A DNA stretch of 63,618 bases, counting the filler, from Porpidia crustulata (taxonomy: Eukaryota): the NCBI GenBank assembly GCA_964255105.1. It is 14 parts of 14 records of this genome, joined end to end, with 100 filler letters (N's around TTAATTAATTAA, not from the genome) between each part and the next. Parts side by side here need not be neighbours in the genome. Positions count along the whole stretch, not along the records: positions 9,151 to 13,619 come from CAXUWE010002072.1; positions 13,720 to 18,185 come from CAXUWE010002073.1; positions 18,286 to 22,749 come from CAXUWE010002074.1; positions 22,850 to 27,312 come from CAXUWE010002075.1; 10 more parts are not named here. One strand, written 5' to 3'. Shown here piece after piece: positions 12,028-24,910 of this stretch (positions within the stretch are counted from its first letter, which is position 1; every line of letters starts with the position of its first letter). Below the pieces are notes generated by a model that worked only from the letters and a program-made list of their open reading frames with translations, did no database searches and was not told where the DNA came from. A program made the position numbers and the translations under genes.

Positions 12028-13619
12028 ATGACTGAGTATGATCTGTGGCAGTCGCCGCTCTCTGGCCGATATGCTAGCAAAGAAATGCTACAATTATTCT
12101 CCCCACGCACAAGAGCATCCCAATGGCGTGAATTGTGGGTTTGGCTCGCTGAAGCAGAAAAAGAATTGGGTCTCGATATCTCGGATAAAGCTATCGAGCA
12201 GATGAGATCTCACATGGTTATGAGTGATCATGATTTTGAAGTTGCTGCCATTGAGGAGAAAAGAAGGTGAAAAACTCTTGGCTCTTTGTTTTCGAATTTT
12301 GCTGATACTGGATATCTCTTGCAGGCGGCATGACGTAATGGTGAGATACAGATCAAATTAGAAGACTATCAAGAGAATGGACTTATTCGAAGAAAGGCTC
12401 ATGTGCACGCCTTCGGTCAAGCTGCGCCTGATGCAGCCGGAGTCATGTGGGTGATGCTACTTCAGCTTTGATATGTCCTTCGCTAAGATTCTGCTAGTCA
12501 TTGGGGTGAGTACTAAAAGATTCTGTTTGTTTTACATCAGCTGATACAATTACCGTTGCAGGAGCTACTTCTTGCTATTGTACAGATAATGTATGATTTT
12601 GATTTGGGCCATGATTCGACCCCTGAAATCGATACATTGACATCATATCAGGCCGACCTTATCTTCCTACGAAGTGGACTTGATATTCTACTACCAAAGT
12701 TGGCAGCAGTCATCCAAAAGCTCACGGGTTTTGCCAAAGCGTATTGCTCAATGCCATGTCTGGGTTACACTCATGGACAGCCGGCCCAACTAACCACCGT
12801 TGGTAAGAGAGCTTGCCTTTGGATTTCGGATCTTCTGATGGATCTCCGTAATCTCGAGAGGGCTAGGTCGGACATATGTTTTCGAGGGGTGAAAGGAACC
12901 ACCGGAACCCAGGCCTCGTTCTTAGCTATCTTCAACGGTGATCACTCGAAGGTAGAGGAGCTTGATGAGCTTGTCACTAAGAAAGCTGGGTTTCAGTCGG
13001 CGTATACCATTTCAAGCCAGACGTATTCGAGGAAGATTGATGTAGACGTTGCTAATGCTTTGTCTTCATTCGGTACCACCTGTCAGAGGATTGGATCTGA
13101 TATTCGCCACTTGGCGATGATGAAAGAGATCGAGGAGCCGTTTGAGAAAGATCAAATAGGTAAGAGGTCATATCTGTTGATTCATTTTGGCGGCACCCAG
13201 ACACTAACATTCTGCAACGTAGGTTCTTCGGCTATGGCCTACAGTACGTCCCCACCCCTAAGCCAAATCCCTAGACTCTAATCCAATCACACCTCCAGAA
13301 CGCAATCCTATGCGCTCCGAGCGCATCTGCAGCCTCGGCCGCCACCTCACAAATACCAACAAAGACGCCGCCGACACCTACGCCGCCCAATGGTTTGAGC
13401 GCACCCTCGACGATAGCGCCGTCCGCCGCCTCTTCATCCCAGAAATGTACCTGACCGCCGACTCCCTCCTCATTCTCCTCGCCAACGTCTCTTCCGGCCT
13501 CGTCGTCTACCCCGCCGTCATCCAGCACCGCATCGACACCGAACTACCCTTCATGGCCACGGAGAACATCATCATGGCGCTGGTGCACCGGGGCAAGTCG
13601 AGACAGGACGCGCACGAGC
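12028..13619 (+). CDS. ADE13: Adenylosuccinate lyase; 7 introns, 3' truncated
   Basis: Spliced translation gives [58 protein letters not shown] and the signature SSAMAYKRNP. Confidence 0.97.
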
Positions 13620-14327
13620 NNNNNNNNNNNNNNNNNNNNNNNNNNNNNNNNNNNNNNNNNNNNTTAATTAATTAANNNNNNNNNNNNNNNNNNNNNNNNN
13701 NNNNNNNNNNNNNNNNNNNGTAGAATGCTGACTTTCGATAACTTGGGTCGGAATGCAAAAAACATATGATGCTGGGATTCGACGAAATGCCGTATAGCTG
13801 AAAGCGACTGCTGGAACAGCGGAAAAACTAAAACAAGATTATGAATCTGGAAAATTGAAGAATGACTGACTTTGACAAGTAAATTTAGCAGCACTTCGGA
13901 TCATAAACTTGTGTGAGGTGATACGATTATAGACGGGGGGAATGAAAGGATTTATAGAAAAGCGGAGGGGTGCACTGCGCGACATGCGGGAGGGAAAAAT
14001 TCCATGACCGTGGTTGGATCAGTAGTCTATGGTTGCAAAACAGGGGTGATAATGGTGTTATTGGGATTAGTTCACTTGTGACAGTGGATCACAGTGTTCC
14101 CAGACACATTTTTCGTCATAACAGCTAAGTGGTTCAGGAGGAAATACTCCGCAATAGGTTTAGTTCGATATCGCGAGTAGATTTGCAAAATTACAAGGAG
14201 ATGGGTATCACTTGCTAAGACCGCAGCGCCGGACATCCGAAAAGCTGTGACTCATACTACCATCGTACAAATATTTAAGAAATTTTCAAAAGTCGGTGCG
14301 GTCAACGACTTATGGAAGGTAGTGCGT

Positions 14328-16527
14328 TCATGACTCTTCGGCCTGCTCAAGAGATGAAGTGTCCTTTCTGTCAGACTTCAGGGCGTTCGTCGCCCAAATT
14401 CTAGCTGCTTCGGCTTTGGCGGCGAACCATGCCAATAATCTGCTTAATCTTGAACTGGCATCATGTATCTTAGCCGTGGTGTCGGTGTTGTTGCTTGGTC
14501 CAAGTACTGAAGGTGAGGTGTCATTATTGATTAATTCTGTATCGCCCATAGCAGTCGCCAAGCTCTCATCATCCGAAGGCAGATCAATTGGAAGATCATG
14601 AAGAACATCAGGGTCCTCGGCGTGCAGGCCGATGGGTTTCAGTGGCAGTCGTAAAGATCCATTGTTGGGCCTTGGTATCACGCCAAGTGAGTCGCAGACG
14701 ATGTTGTAAACCTCGATGTTTTCTGTTAAACAGCCATCGTCAGTCGAATCGTTCACAGTTTTAGGTGTCTTCAGTACTTACGAAATACCTCGAGTCTACT
14801 GTTGGGCTGGTGTGGAAATGCTGGGCCTCTAGCGATGAATACAGCACGCATGAGAGGGTGTTCGTGATCGTATCCGTGGAGGCCCTTGGGATGGTATACC
14901 TGTCCTGTCAACATGGCCGCATTGACATCAAAATCCTCCTTGTGCACAATTGCCCAGCCTGTCTTGGGGACGACCCAGAGAGGCGCAATGCGGTCATTTT
15001 TAGCAAAGTGATATCTCTCTGGCATGTTGTCGTCCCGTAAGTAGACTTCAAAGTTTGGGTTCTTCTCTGACTCGATCGACAATTGATCGTAGAGAGGGCG
15101 TAAATGGCTAGGGCTTTTCGGCCGTAATCCATATAAAGGCCAGCCATCAATGTGCGCTATTTGATTTAGATCTATCAGTTCATCTAGCTGTATCAATCGT
15201 TTGGTTGATGTCGTCGCCATGCCGTGATCACTAACTATCACAATATTGGCTATATTTGTGAGATTCCGTTCTTCAAGACCAACAAATAGCTGCTGCAGCA
15301 TTGAATCAACATTGGTAATGGTATCGCCAATTTCAGTGCTATTCGGTCCATATAAATGTCCATCGGCATCAACTACAGGAACATATGCGGCAATGAATTG
15401 TGTTCGTTGCTCTGGGCTAGAGCAAGGCATGTCGAGAAATCCAAGAATCCGATCAACTTTTCGAGTCAAAGTTTCCGTACCATTGAATTTGTCGACATAC
15501 GTGGGCTCAAGGGTTATGTGAGCTTCGCTACCAGGCCACATATGGATAGCAGTCCGAACATTCTGTTGTTCAGCAGTCACCCATATAGGTTCACCACCCG
15601 ACCACCATTTCGGCTGCATTGATCTTGCCGGATCTGTGTAGTAGAATTCTTCTTCCAGCTCGGGATCCCAGAAAGAGTTGCCCACGACACCATGACTCTC
15701 CGGGTACAAGCCCGTGACCAAGGTATAATGATTTGGAAAAGTGACGCTTGGGAAACTTGGCAGCATGTATTTCGGAGAAATACCTTCGGTGATGAATTTG
15801 TTTAGTGTTGGCGTAAGACCGCGATTAAGAAAATCTGGACGAAAACCGTCCAAGGATATTAGAATCGTCGTTGGGGCAAATAGAAGTGATCCATTAGATC
15901 GAAGGGTGACAGTGGGTTTACTAGAAGATGCACGGGATGCGTTGTACGCTCCTATGAGGAGTAAGACGAACAGAATGGCTATGCCGGTCGAGATCATAGA
16001 GAATCGTACGACTTTCCGACGCTGCAAACTGAGTTCAGCTCACAAACGGAATCATGTATTTTGCCAGTAATCACCTTTGACATTGAATCATGATCAAAAT
16101 TCAGTCTATCTAGCTCTACCGAGCTCGACGAAGATGACGAGCTTGTAGCTTCTTGACCACCACCTTCTTCCATCTCATATATAGCTTTGCCTCCATCATC
16201 CTTATGCTTTGAGTGCTTCTCGTTCCTTACCCTACGTCTTCGCCCATTCTTGTGTCCGCGCTCTCCTCTGCCAATTAGAATCGTATCTCTCTCGTGGCCC
16301 TTGACGTGAAGCTTCTTCCCACCATCCCGAGGGCCTTTTACAGTCAGAAGGGTTTCCCGTTCCTCCTCTTCCCGTAGCAGCGCATGATCGCGTGCCTGCG
16401 GTTTGGATGTGGAATAGCCGACGTCGGTCTCTCGATGATCCTCGGAATCGGATTCTTGATCAGAGGAAACCTCCCTGCGATCCGTAGAGGGCCTCCCGGC
16501 GCAATCATCACGTTGACTTGTGGGCAT
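14328..16527 (-). CDS. NPP1: Ectonucleotide pyrophosphatase/phosphodiesterase (alkaline phosphatase superfamily), type II membrane protein; 2 introns
   Basis: ISLDGFRPD, FPSVTFPNHYTLVTGLYPESHG, DADGHLYGP, VSDHGM and GLHGYD motifs, with an N-terminal transmembrane helix. Confidence 0.93.
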
Positions 16528-17370
16528 GTCCGAGATGAATTTGGATATCAACTATGTACTTAGCTTCTCTGTCTTTTGGAAGCTGCAACTTCCATATTGT
16601 CATGTCGCATTCGAAAAGGGCGAGTCAAACTAGTAAGCTGTGCAGTGACCTGGCTTCGTGGATTGAAGACTGAAACGAGCGCGCGGCAAGAACGCCGCTC
16701 TGCTTGTGCAGATTTTATCCACCAAATAAAGCCAGATCGGTTTTGTACCCAAAGCTTGTGGATTATGATTAACTTGTCAACAGCCTGTAGAGATAGGTAG
16801 AAGTTAAGTGACACCGTAAAAGGCTAGCTTATCAAGATTTTGCGACGTACGTGCCTTTCCTCGTGCCGTCGAAAGATGTTTGGATCGCCAAATTAAAATC
16901 ATAAACATCGAATTTCTTGCAAAACACCGAGTCTCTATGACCTCAAATCGCTCAAATTTTATTTCTTTCTCTGTTGAATCATAATATTTGGAGTGTTTAT
17001 GAACGAGCAGAGTCCTACTCACCTGTCGTCTTTTCCTTGCTATGTTGAATTCTCCTTGGCTTCAGGTATATTCTGAGGCTATTGACTCAAAAGAGACGTC
17101 TCAGGTTGTATGCTTTGAACAGGCTCAGCACAGTGCCTTGATTTTTTTTTAAATGGCTGTAGTCCTCTTCCTGCTCCCGAACGGTTCGCAAGTTAGATAA
17201 TTGACAATCATCGATCTCAACTTGACTTCGTATTCCTTCTTCTGAGTCGGCCATCGAAGGGTCCTCAGAATTGATACCATTCTGGAGAGACGTGGGTCAT
17301 CCCGTCCAACGCCTTTCTAGCAGAGTTGCGCAGATTAGGAAGACATCTGCCTCAGGCCTTTGTGTCAAGT

Positions 17371-18185
17371 ATGACGGATGACGTGTTCTGCGCACTGTGT
17401 GGAGTGACTTTCGATGTAAATCCTAATATCTATGACGGCCGAGTAGGTCATGGCGATGTGGCATGGACTGCCTACTACCGCCTATGTATGTACAGGAGAT
17501 ATAATCTGATCGATGGACGGTACTAAAAGCAATAGTGGCAAGAGTGTATAGACGTAAGAGGCGAATTCCTTGCGTCAATCCCAAAAAGTCGTGGTCTCTC
17601 TCGAGTATCGGGAAAAAGGAAAACTGGGTTGGATGGCGAGGTTTAATTCCCCATCCCGATCAGGACATACTGGACCAAGACAATCGTTTAATTCTCGCTC
17701 TTCCGTCAAATTTTTTTCGGGCCTTCCAAAGCGGGTATGTTCCGAATCATTCACAGAGCTCAGAGCAGGACTAATGAGAGTTAACTAATATTACGGTTTC
17801 GGAAGGGGCAACGACATAGAAGTGGTTTATCCAATGCACTCAGTTTGTTGGGACATTCTCGCCCAAAATTATGCCATGAAAACAGCGGATGGCTCCTTAG
17901 CGCTGGATTTGGATCTCCTACGCAAGGCGTTTGCTGCTCAAAAGCTAGAAGCTGACGGGAAAGGACTGGTACCGGACTGGGCTGAGGGCTATGGTGGAGC
18001 GGACATGTTCCATAATAATGGTTGGGCTTCTAATGAAACGCTGGATTCTTCCCAATCCGGATCATTTCTCGAAGGACCCGATAAGTGGGACTACCTTGTA
18101 TACGACCCTGAGCGAATGATAGGTTTGGATGAATTACTGAGCAAACCCCCAACACTGTCATCACCACCTCGATCTCCACAAATAT
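17371..18185 (+). CDS. Fungal hypothetical protein with CxLCG and HxxCW motifs (N-terminus often seen in fungal F-box proteins); 3' truncated
   Basis: Three exons joined by GT..AG introns at about 17486-17536 and 17736-17804. Motifs FCALCG and YPMHSVCW. Confidence 0.6.
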
Positions 18186-18285
18186 NNNNNNNNNNNNNNN
18201 NNNNNNNNNNNNNNNNNNNNNNNNNNNNNTTAATTAATTAANNNNNNNNNNNNNNNNNNNNNNNNNNNNNNNNNNNNNNNNNNNN

Positions 18286-18500
18286 GCGGAGGTGGCGGTA
18301 AATTGATTGATGGTGCGAGGAGTGCTGAAGGCGCCGGTGGAGGTTTGTTGGAGGTGTTCGTAGAGGTCTTGGGCCTGTTTGGGGAGACGTGGGGGCGCGG
18401 GACCCGGGGCGAAGGGCGGAGCGGCGAGGTGGCGAGGGGTGGTGGAGAGGAGGCGGCGGGTTGAAGGCTGACGGAGGACTTGGCGAGTTGATGAAAGCAT
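18286..18500 (-). CDS. SDH8: Succinate dehydrogenase assembly factor 4 (Sdh8/Fmp21), N-terminal part; truncated
   Basis: Arg/Ser-rich mitochondrial presequence followed by GPAPPRLPKQAQDLYEHLQQTSTGAFSTP. Confidence 0.75.
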
Positions 18501-19227
18501 GATGTGAGTATTGCGAGAGAGGGATACGAGGAGGACGCGATGCTCTTGAGGATGTATTATGCTATTGAACGATGAGGGGCAATAACGGAAACAATTTAGG
18601 GCTGGACGCTAGGGTACTAATTTACATCATCCATCGTATCTAGGGTACAGCCGCTAACTATGATAGGCAGGCCTTGCCGACCGCCATACCCACAATAAGC
18701 ATCCCTCGATATGACATCAAATCTTCTCCCCTTACAGATCCCCCTAAATCTTCACCTCTCAAATCCTGCGCCGGAAAGTAATGTACCCGTTCATAACGCA
18801 ACAACACGACAAACCCGTCTCTCAATCAACTTCTCGACCAGTGGCAAATTGTCCATGGTATATTCTCACGAGCTTGTGTTGAGACCGTTCCTTCAAAGAC
18901 CGAGGTGTATTCGTGACTCATAAGTACCAAAGCGTATATGAGAAGGTAAGGGGGGATGTGTGAGTTCAGCGGGTTTTATTGTTAAATGGCGCCCCTTTTC
19001 GTGGGTCAGCGTGCCTGTACGGGGTAAAGGGTTTTGCGACCATAACTATCTTTATCGCGTGATATCAAATAGCTCTTACTCGTATATTTTACAGACGAAA
19101 ATTGGCATACCAACATCAACGCCCGAACAAGGTCGATCATAACTTCCGAAATGCGCGGCCGACCATCCAAACCCCCATCCCAGGTTCCCACTTAGTGCTT
19201 CATCGCAACACCAAATCCGCCAACCTT

Positions 19228-20521
19228 CTACGCCCTCGGAGCCTCCACCAATTCTAGATAATCATCGTTTGCGCCATGCTTTCCGTGAAAACCCTTGAAC
19301 GTCGCCACCTTCCTCGACGTGCCATTGAAGCCCGAGCCATCGCCCGAGCCCGGCAAGTGACCGTGGCCGTGCGAGTACCCCTGGGATTTCGCTGCGGCGG
19401 AGGCTTTGCGCGCTTTGATGAGGGCAGGGACGGCGAGCAGGCAGCTGCAAACGATTCCGACGTTTATTTCGGCGCAGCTCATCATGGAGATCAGCGCCGC
19501 TGTCCAAAGGGAGTCGGGGTTGTGGAGACGGGTGGAGGATACTATCAGGCGGACTACACTCGTGAGAGTGGCTCTATTGTCGGCGATCAGCCGTCGTCGT
19601 TGGCGAAACTTATCGCCGATCGCACTTACAGCAGTCCAGTGAGGAAGATTCCGATAACACCAATTTTTCGCCTCGGGGTAAGTTGCAAACTCCAGACCAT
19701 TGCGATGGGCAAGATCAAAACGTAGAAATCGGTGACCACGTTGAAAACGCCCGAAACAGTGGTGTGGACCCATTCTCGGAGTTGGAAATTCGCCTGAACT
19801 TTGGGGCTAGCGGTACAGAGTGCCTCCGCGGTGGCGTAGAACCCAACGCTGGCGAGGTAGAAAGCGGCTTGAACAGCGATGCCAAAGTAGATGAGGTATC
19901 TCATTGTTTTGTTGCGGCTGAAGAGACGGTAATAAAGTAGTAGTATGGATAATTTGACCAGAAATATTACCGGTCCATAGACGAGGGTGATTGCTTTGAA
20001 GACCTGGAAGTCCGCGATTAGAAAATATGGACATAAAAGGGAGTAAAAATTTACATGACAGGTCATTGGTGATAGACTACCAGCAGGAATATCCCATAGG
20101 TGCTTTCCGAAGTTATGGTTGACCGCTGGCGGAAGTGTCAATACTTGTTCTGAGGTGGACGGGCTGCAATTGCATACCGAAGAATAAAAGTCCAGAGCGT
20201 GCTGCTGATCCTAACTAAATGTATAGCCATAAGCCGCCAACTCCTGAACCAAGTCCAAAGGAGGAATTACCAACGCAAGTATACAAACATCTAGAGCAAT
20301 TAGCATAATCCAATACGAAGATTACGATACTAACAGTCGTCCCATCCTGTCGCTTGCGTGACCACCGCTTTCGCATATAGTCGCAACACGACGGCCAAGG
20401 CGGCCAAAATGACAAATGAAGTATTGACAGCAATGACCGGTTCTCTCAAAGATACAGGATTCAGAAAATTAGAATGAACGCCAGGTGGGGGATGCCCTGC
20501 AGGTTTTTGCGCCGAGTCCAT
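19228..20521 (-). CDS. PTH11-like 7TM integral membrane protein (fungal rhodopsin domain), no CFEM domain; multi-exon
   Basis: PPPGVHSNF, VVLRLY, GWDD, FGKHLWDI, KLSILLLYYRLF, NVVTDFYVLILPI and EINVGIVCSCL motifs. Confidence 0.9.
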
Positions 20522-20760
20522 CACGAGTCGGTAGAATATCAAGAGAGCCTGTCAGCTCATCAAGCTTGCGCAGTCGAGACTGTCTGTTGGATTTGTGAAT
20601 TTACACATGAGTAGTCGCGGTCTAGCTGTCGTCTTGAATATAGGTTCGTTGGACGGTTAGACGGGAATGACGACGTCCACACGGTGTGGGATTGCGCACA
20701 GTCATCGAATAAGCCATGACTGTGCCTCTTCAATTTTCTTTCAGCTCCTGTAAGCCAATT

Positions 20761-20849
20761 ACGCTGTTGAAGTAAAAAATGGAAATGCGTCTCGCCTAAT
20801 TTCGCCTGATTTACACCAAAACCATTTCCATTTTTTTCTTCAACAGCGT
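20761..20849. repeat. 89-bp inverted repeat, MITE-like
   Basis: 27-bp arms (acgctgttgaagtaaaaaatggaaatg and its reverse complement) match at 26 of 27 positions. Confidence 0.85.
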
Positions 20850-21317
20850 GCCGGTGTAGATGTGTGTCGCTGTGCCTTTTTGGTGGAGCCTAGACAGCTT
20901 CGTACCCCAAACAGAGCTTTGATATCCATGGAGGGTGCAATAGCTTCCAGTCCTTAGCACCGGAGGAGCGTATGACATTGGGAGATGGAAGATTGGAAGA
21001 TGGCACGCCTTACGCGCTCTTTGAGTTCGACTCGAATTGACTGGATGGCTAGTAATTCATCAGATTAAGGTCGGAGCAATGCCTCAGCCTTGCATGAAGA
21101 CCTCAGCTCATCTGCTATTTGGGCATGAGAAGCCAGGCCAGAATTCAGATACTTCCGGCAGGATCCGTCTCCGAATGCGCATTTGCCGGGATTTTCACGC
21201 ATGCCATCTCGTAGTGTAACGATCTCATGTCTCGTGAGTTATGAGACGATTAACTGCGTGATTGTGCAGCAGTAGCTTGTAGTCTCAGCCCTCAAGAGCC
21301 CACAAGGATCCGACATT

Positions 21318-21787
21318 TCTTGCCCCTCGCTTTCAAAATTTTCAAATATATATTTTTTAAAGAATTCGAGAATTAAAATCAGCTTTTCATGTAACGATGA
21401 TTAACGCTTTGTTGAATATCGTTTAAAATCACACGGATTATAGATTACATGTAGTTTCATTTATTCACGTAATTACATGAAATTTAAACTTTATACTATC
21501 AATGTATCGCTGATTTCATGAATTTACAACTGTCACTCTGCGTAGTAGCAAAAATTGTCGAGATTCACGATTTTGCGACACGCTGTACGCTGTACGTATC
21601 ATGAAATCAGTTATACATTAACAACATGAAGTTAAACTATTAAGTAATTACGTGTACAGATGAAACTACATGTAATCTACAGTCTGTGTAAAATTGAACG
21701 ATATTTAACAAAGCGTTACTCACTGTGTCGTGAAATGCTGATTTTGACCCTTCGATTTAAAAAAAAAAGTTCAGAGTGAGGCAGGAC
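21318..21787. mobile_element. About 470-bp AT-rich fold-back (palindromic) element, probably a non-autonomous DNA transposon
   Basis: Arms of about 200 bp align as reverse complements (shared blocks aaaatcagc, taacgctttgtt, tagattacatgtagtttcat, cacgtaattac, ctgatttcatga). Many mismatches are C/T or G/A. Confidence 0.8.
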
Positions 21788-23702
21788 CCTGTCTCCGCGC
21801 AGCCCTGATCTTCTCACGTGGGTTACAAAAGCAATTTTTCAACCCTTTTTGTTTTCGTCTCCTTTTGGTTTTCGTCTCCTATCTCGTAGGCCTTTAACAA
21901 GATCTTACTCTATAATTTCGTAGGCCTGTGTGATAAAGCCACGAGAGTCATACCTGTGCGCTGATAGTCATGCATCATTTCCACTACAGAAATGTGTTAG
22001 TCATATCGTGAACCGCAGCGGCCTTAGCCTGACCTCTGTCGCGATAACAACAATCTGACTGTGGCGGAAATTATGTGACAGCTTCACCTACAAGCTCATA
22101 GATACGAACGGCCACTATAAGCCTAGAGTATAGTTGTAAATGTGAGGTCGTGAGGCCGAGTAGCTGTTTAATGTGTCCTGCTTCTGCACTCTTGTCTACC
22201 TCTCAAACGAACAATATAAGTAGGGTTAGAACTTTATCGAAAATGATGAAAGACATCAACGAATCTAACTGCACATATAAAGCTGTTCATTTAATGCAGT
22301 CCGTCGACGACAAAGTTTGTGCTCTCGCGGCTGCGTTGGTGGGTGAGGACTACTGTGAACGCTAGTACATTAGATGGCTGGTGATGTTCAACGACCACTG
22401 TGCTGGTCAGATATATCTATATGAACTTGCCTGCCAGAACATCTGTTCACCATCAAATCATTTCCGCAAAGCTCCACCGTGTCTTTTGAGTCCTGCGGTC
22501 CAGAATCAAAGGCCTTTCTCAATCTCCTAGGCGCCGATCGCTGCTTTACAGCTGCTGGATCACCCCCACCAAAGAGCCCAGCGAAATCCCTCCAATCTAA
22601 AGCCTTTTCAAAATAACCACCCATAAAAGCTCCAACATTAGGATATTCCTACAATCCTTCCAGCATCCCTTCGTTTACGCCCCGACACCCACCTCCATAC
22701 TTCCCTTCTCGAAGCCCATCTGGCCCCTCCCCAACGCCACTTTAATCCCNNNNNNNNNNNNNNNNNNNNNNNNNNNNNNNNNNNNNNNNNNNNTTAATTA
22801 ATTAANNNNNNNNNNNNNNNNNNNNNNNNNNNNNNNNNNNNNNNNNNNNGGGGTGAGGGATGGAGGTGTAGGTGCTTGGATTTCAATATCAAGCACTTCC
22901 ACTCACAGGTCAAATTTTCCAACAGTGAGCAAGCCCTACCATACTGCTACTAACGATGCTAAGATTTTGCGGAAAAGGGGGGTTTCGAATTTGTGACTTG
23001 AGCTAGGCGATGAGAATCAAGAAATTAACAGAATAGAGATGGAGTAAGGTTTTAGGTTCGGGCTTTTATACAGGACTGTGTCAAGGAAATGCAGTTCTTC
23101 TGACTACTTAAATTCTTCGCGAGTCTGAAAGCCGATATCTTGTTAAGAGATGGTGGGCGTTGGGCTGACATTTCTGCGCACTTTGGGTGATTATGTTGGG
23201 GGTAAAGCCTACCATTTGTTGCCGCGCAACTTGAAGGGATAAACCCCTTTTCATCCGACACGGACATTTCGCCAAGGAGCTCATAGATAAGAGCCGCACA
23301 ATGAGTTGAAAGTAAACCATATCGCTCTACTTAGGTTAGTTTGAATTGGATACCCAACCTACACCAGCTGGGTAGATGATCCTATCCAAATACCTAGCCC
23401 CCAGCATCATACCAACCCGAACCCTAAAATCATCGACTGGCACCTCCAAATCCCGTGCAGTAAAAGCCTCGGATTGGAGCACGGCAGACGGCGCTTAGGT
23501 TTGGCTGGTTTTATTTTTTTGGTGCTGGAATGGGGGCTGCGTGGGTGATTGGTGGCGGTGATTGATGGGAGGTAAGCGCTGGATTTGGGTGTCAAGGTTG
23601 GTAGAGGGTAGGGTGGAGAGTTAGTAAATCGGAGAGTAAAGAGAATACTCAACCATGCACATAGATTCTCCAACATCACCATCCCCTCCGTCTGAACCCT
23701 TC

Positions 23703-24446
23703 TCATACCATCCCACCGCCCATCTCCCCCCTCATCGCCTCCCTGACAATATCCCCACAAAGCTTCGCATGCACATTCGTCCGTGTCGCCATCTCCCTCG
23801 CCGTCTCATTCCCATACCGCCCGCCCATTTCAAAGTCTCGGCTTGCGATTTCTTCGAGCTGCTGTTTGCTTTTGCCTGGGAGCTGGCCGGGGAGAAGAAC
23901 AGGAAAGGTAGTTTCTCCGTTTAGCGGCTGAGCGGCTTGGTGAGGTATGGGTTTGGCGAGCAGCCAGGTAAGATGGCCACGGTGGGTGTATGCTGATGCG
24001 AGGATTTTGGCTTGGAGAGGGTATACGGCCGCGTGTGGGGAGGGCGGGGAGGCGAGGGCGATCGCGTTTTGGAGGTCCTGTCAGAGGGTGGTCTTGGACA
24101 GATCTTTGTTGTTTAGGTCATTCCCTAGGAGCATGCGGATGGCTTGTGCGCGGTTGTTGTATGCAGAGGCGTAGTCGGGGTGACTAGAGATGAGACCGGT
24201 GAGAGAGGCGATGGCGGTTTGGATGTCTAAGTGGGAAGGAGAAGGTTTGCCAAGGGGACGGATGATGGAAAATTCGAGGTTTTGAAGGGTTATTAGACGA
24301 GCTGGGGGTATATCTGGGAGCGGAGATAAGGAAGGGTCGATGGGAGTGGTGCTGGGATGGGACTCGGGGTTGAGGATGGAGGAGAGGACGTGGGTGTCAT
24401 GGAGGGAGAGGGTGTGCGTAGCTGACAAAGACTTCGAGGATGCCAT
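23703..24446 (-). pseudogene. TTC36-like TPR protein with an in-frame TGA
   Basis: PDYASAYNNRAQA TPR motif. After the TGA at 24081-24083 the same frame continues QDLQNAIALASP...AYTHRG...ASRDFEMGGRYGNE...NVHAKLCGDIVREAM. Confidence 0.8.
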
Positions 24447-24910
24447 GATTGTTTTCAGGAAAGGTAGGGCCTGCAATATTGGAGGAATCAATATCTAGAG
24501 GGTTAGCATGAATCAGCATCTCGGCAAAGCTTGGAGAGAGCTCATGGATTGGAAGGTGGATGCGGTAGACATCACATGATGCATCCTTGCATGTGGTGTC
24601 ATTTCACTACTTCTCGTAACCTCTATGTGAAGTCGCATGTTACGGAAATGGTATGATATCAAGTTTGTTGCGGAGCCTTGCAGATTGAATTACCCGCACA
24701 AAGCCGCGGTAAACCGGACCATACTCTAAGCACTACCCGTACCCTAAACCCTAGCCCCTTAATAGAGGTGATTTTTTTTATTAAGGTGCATTTCTACCTA
24801 CTATGTAACTCGACTAAACGTGCTTTTGCGCGCCTACAACGCCCGGAAGAGAACCCATTTCTAAAGAATTCAATTCCTATAAGTATGAATCCCGTGGTAG
24901 AGAATGCCTC

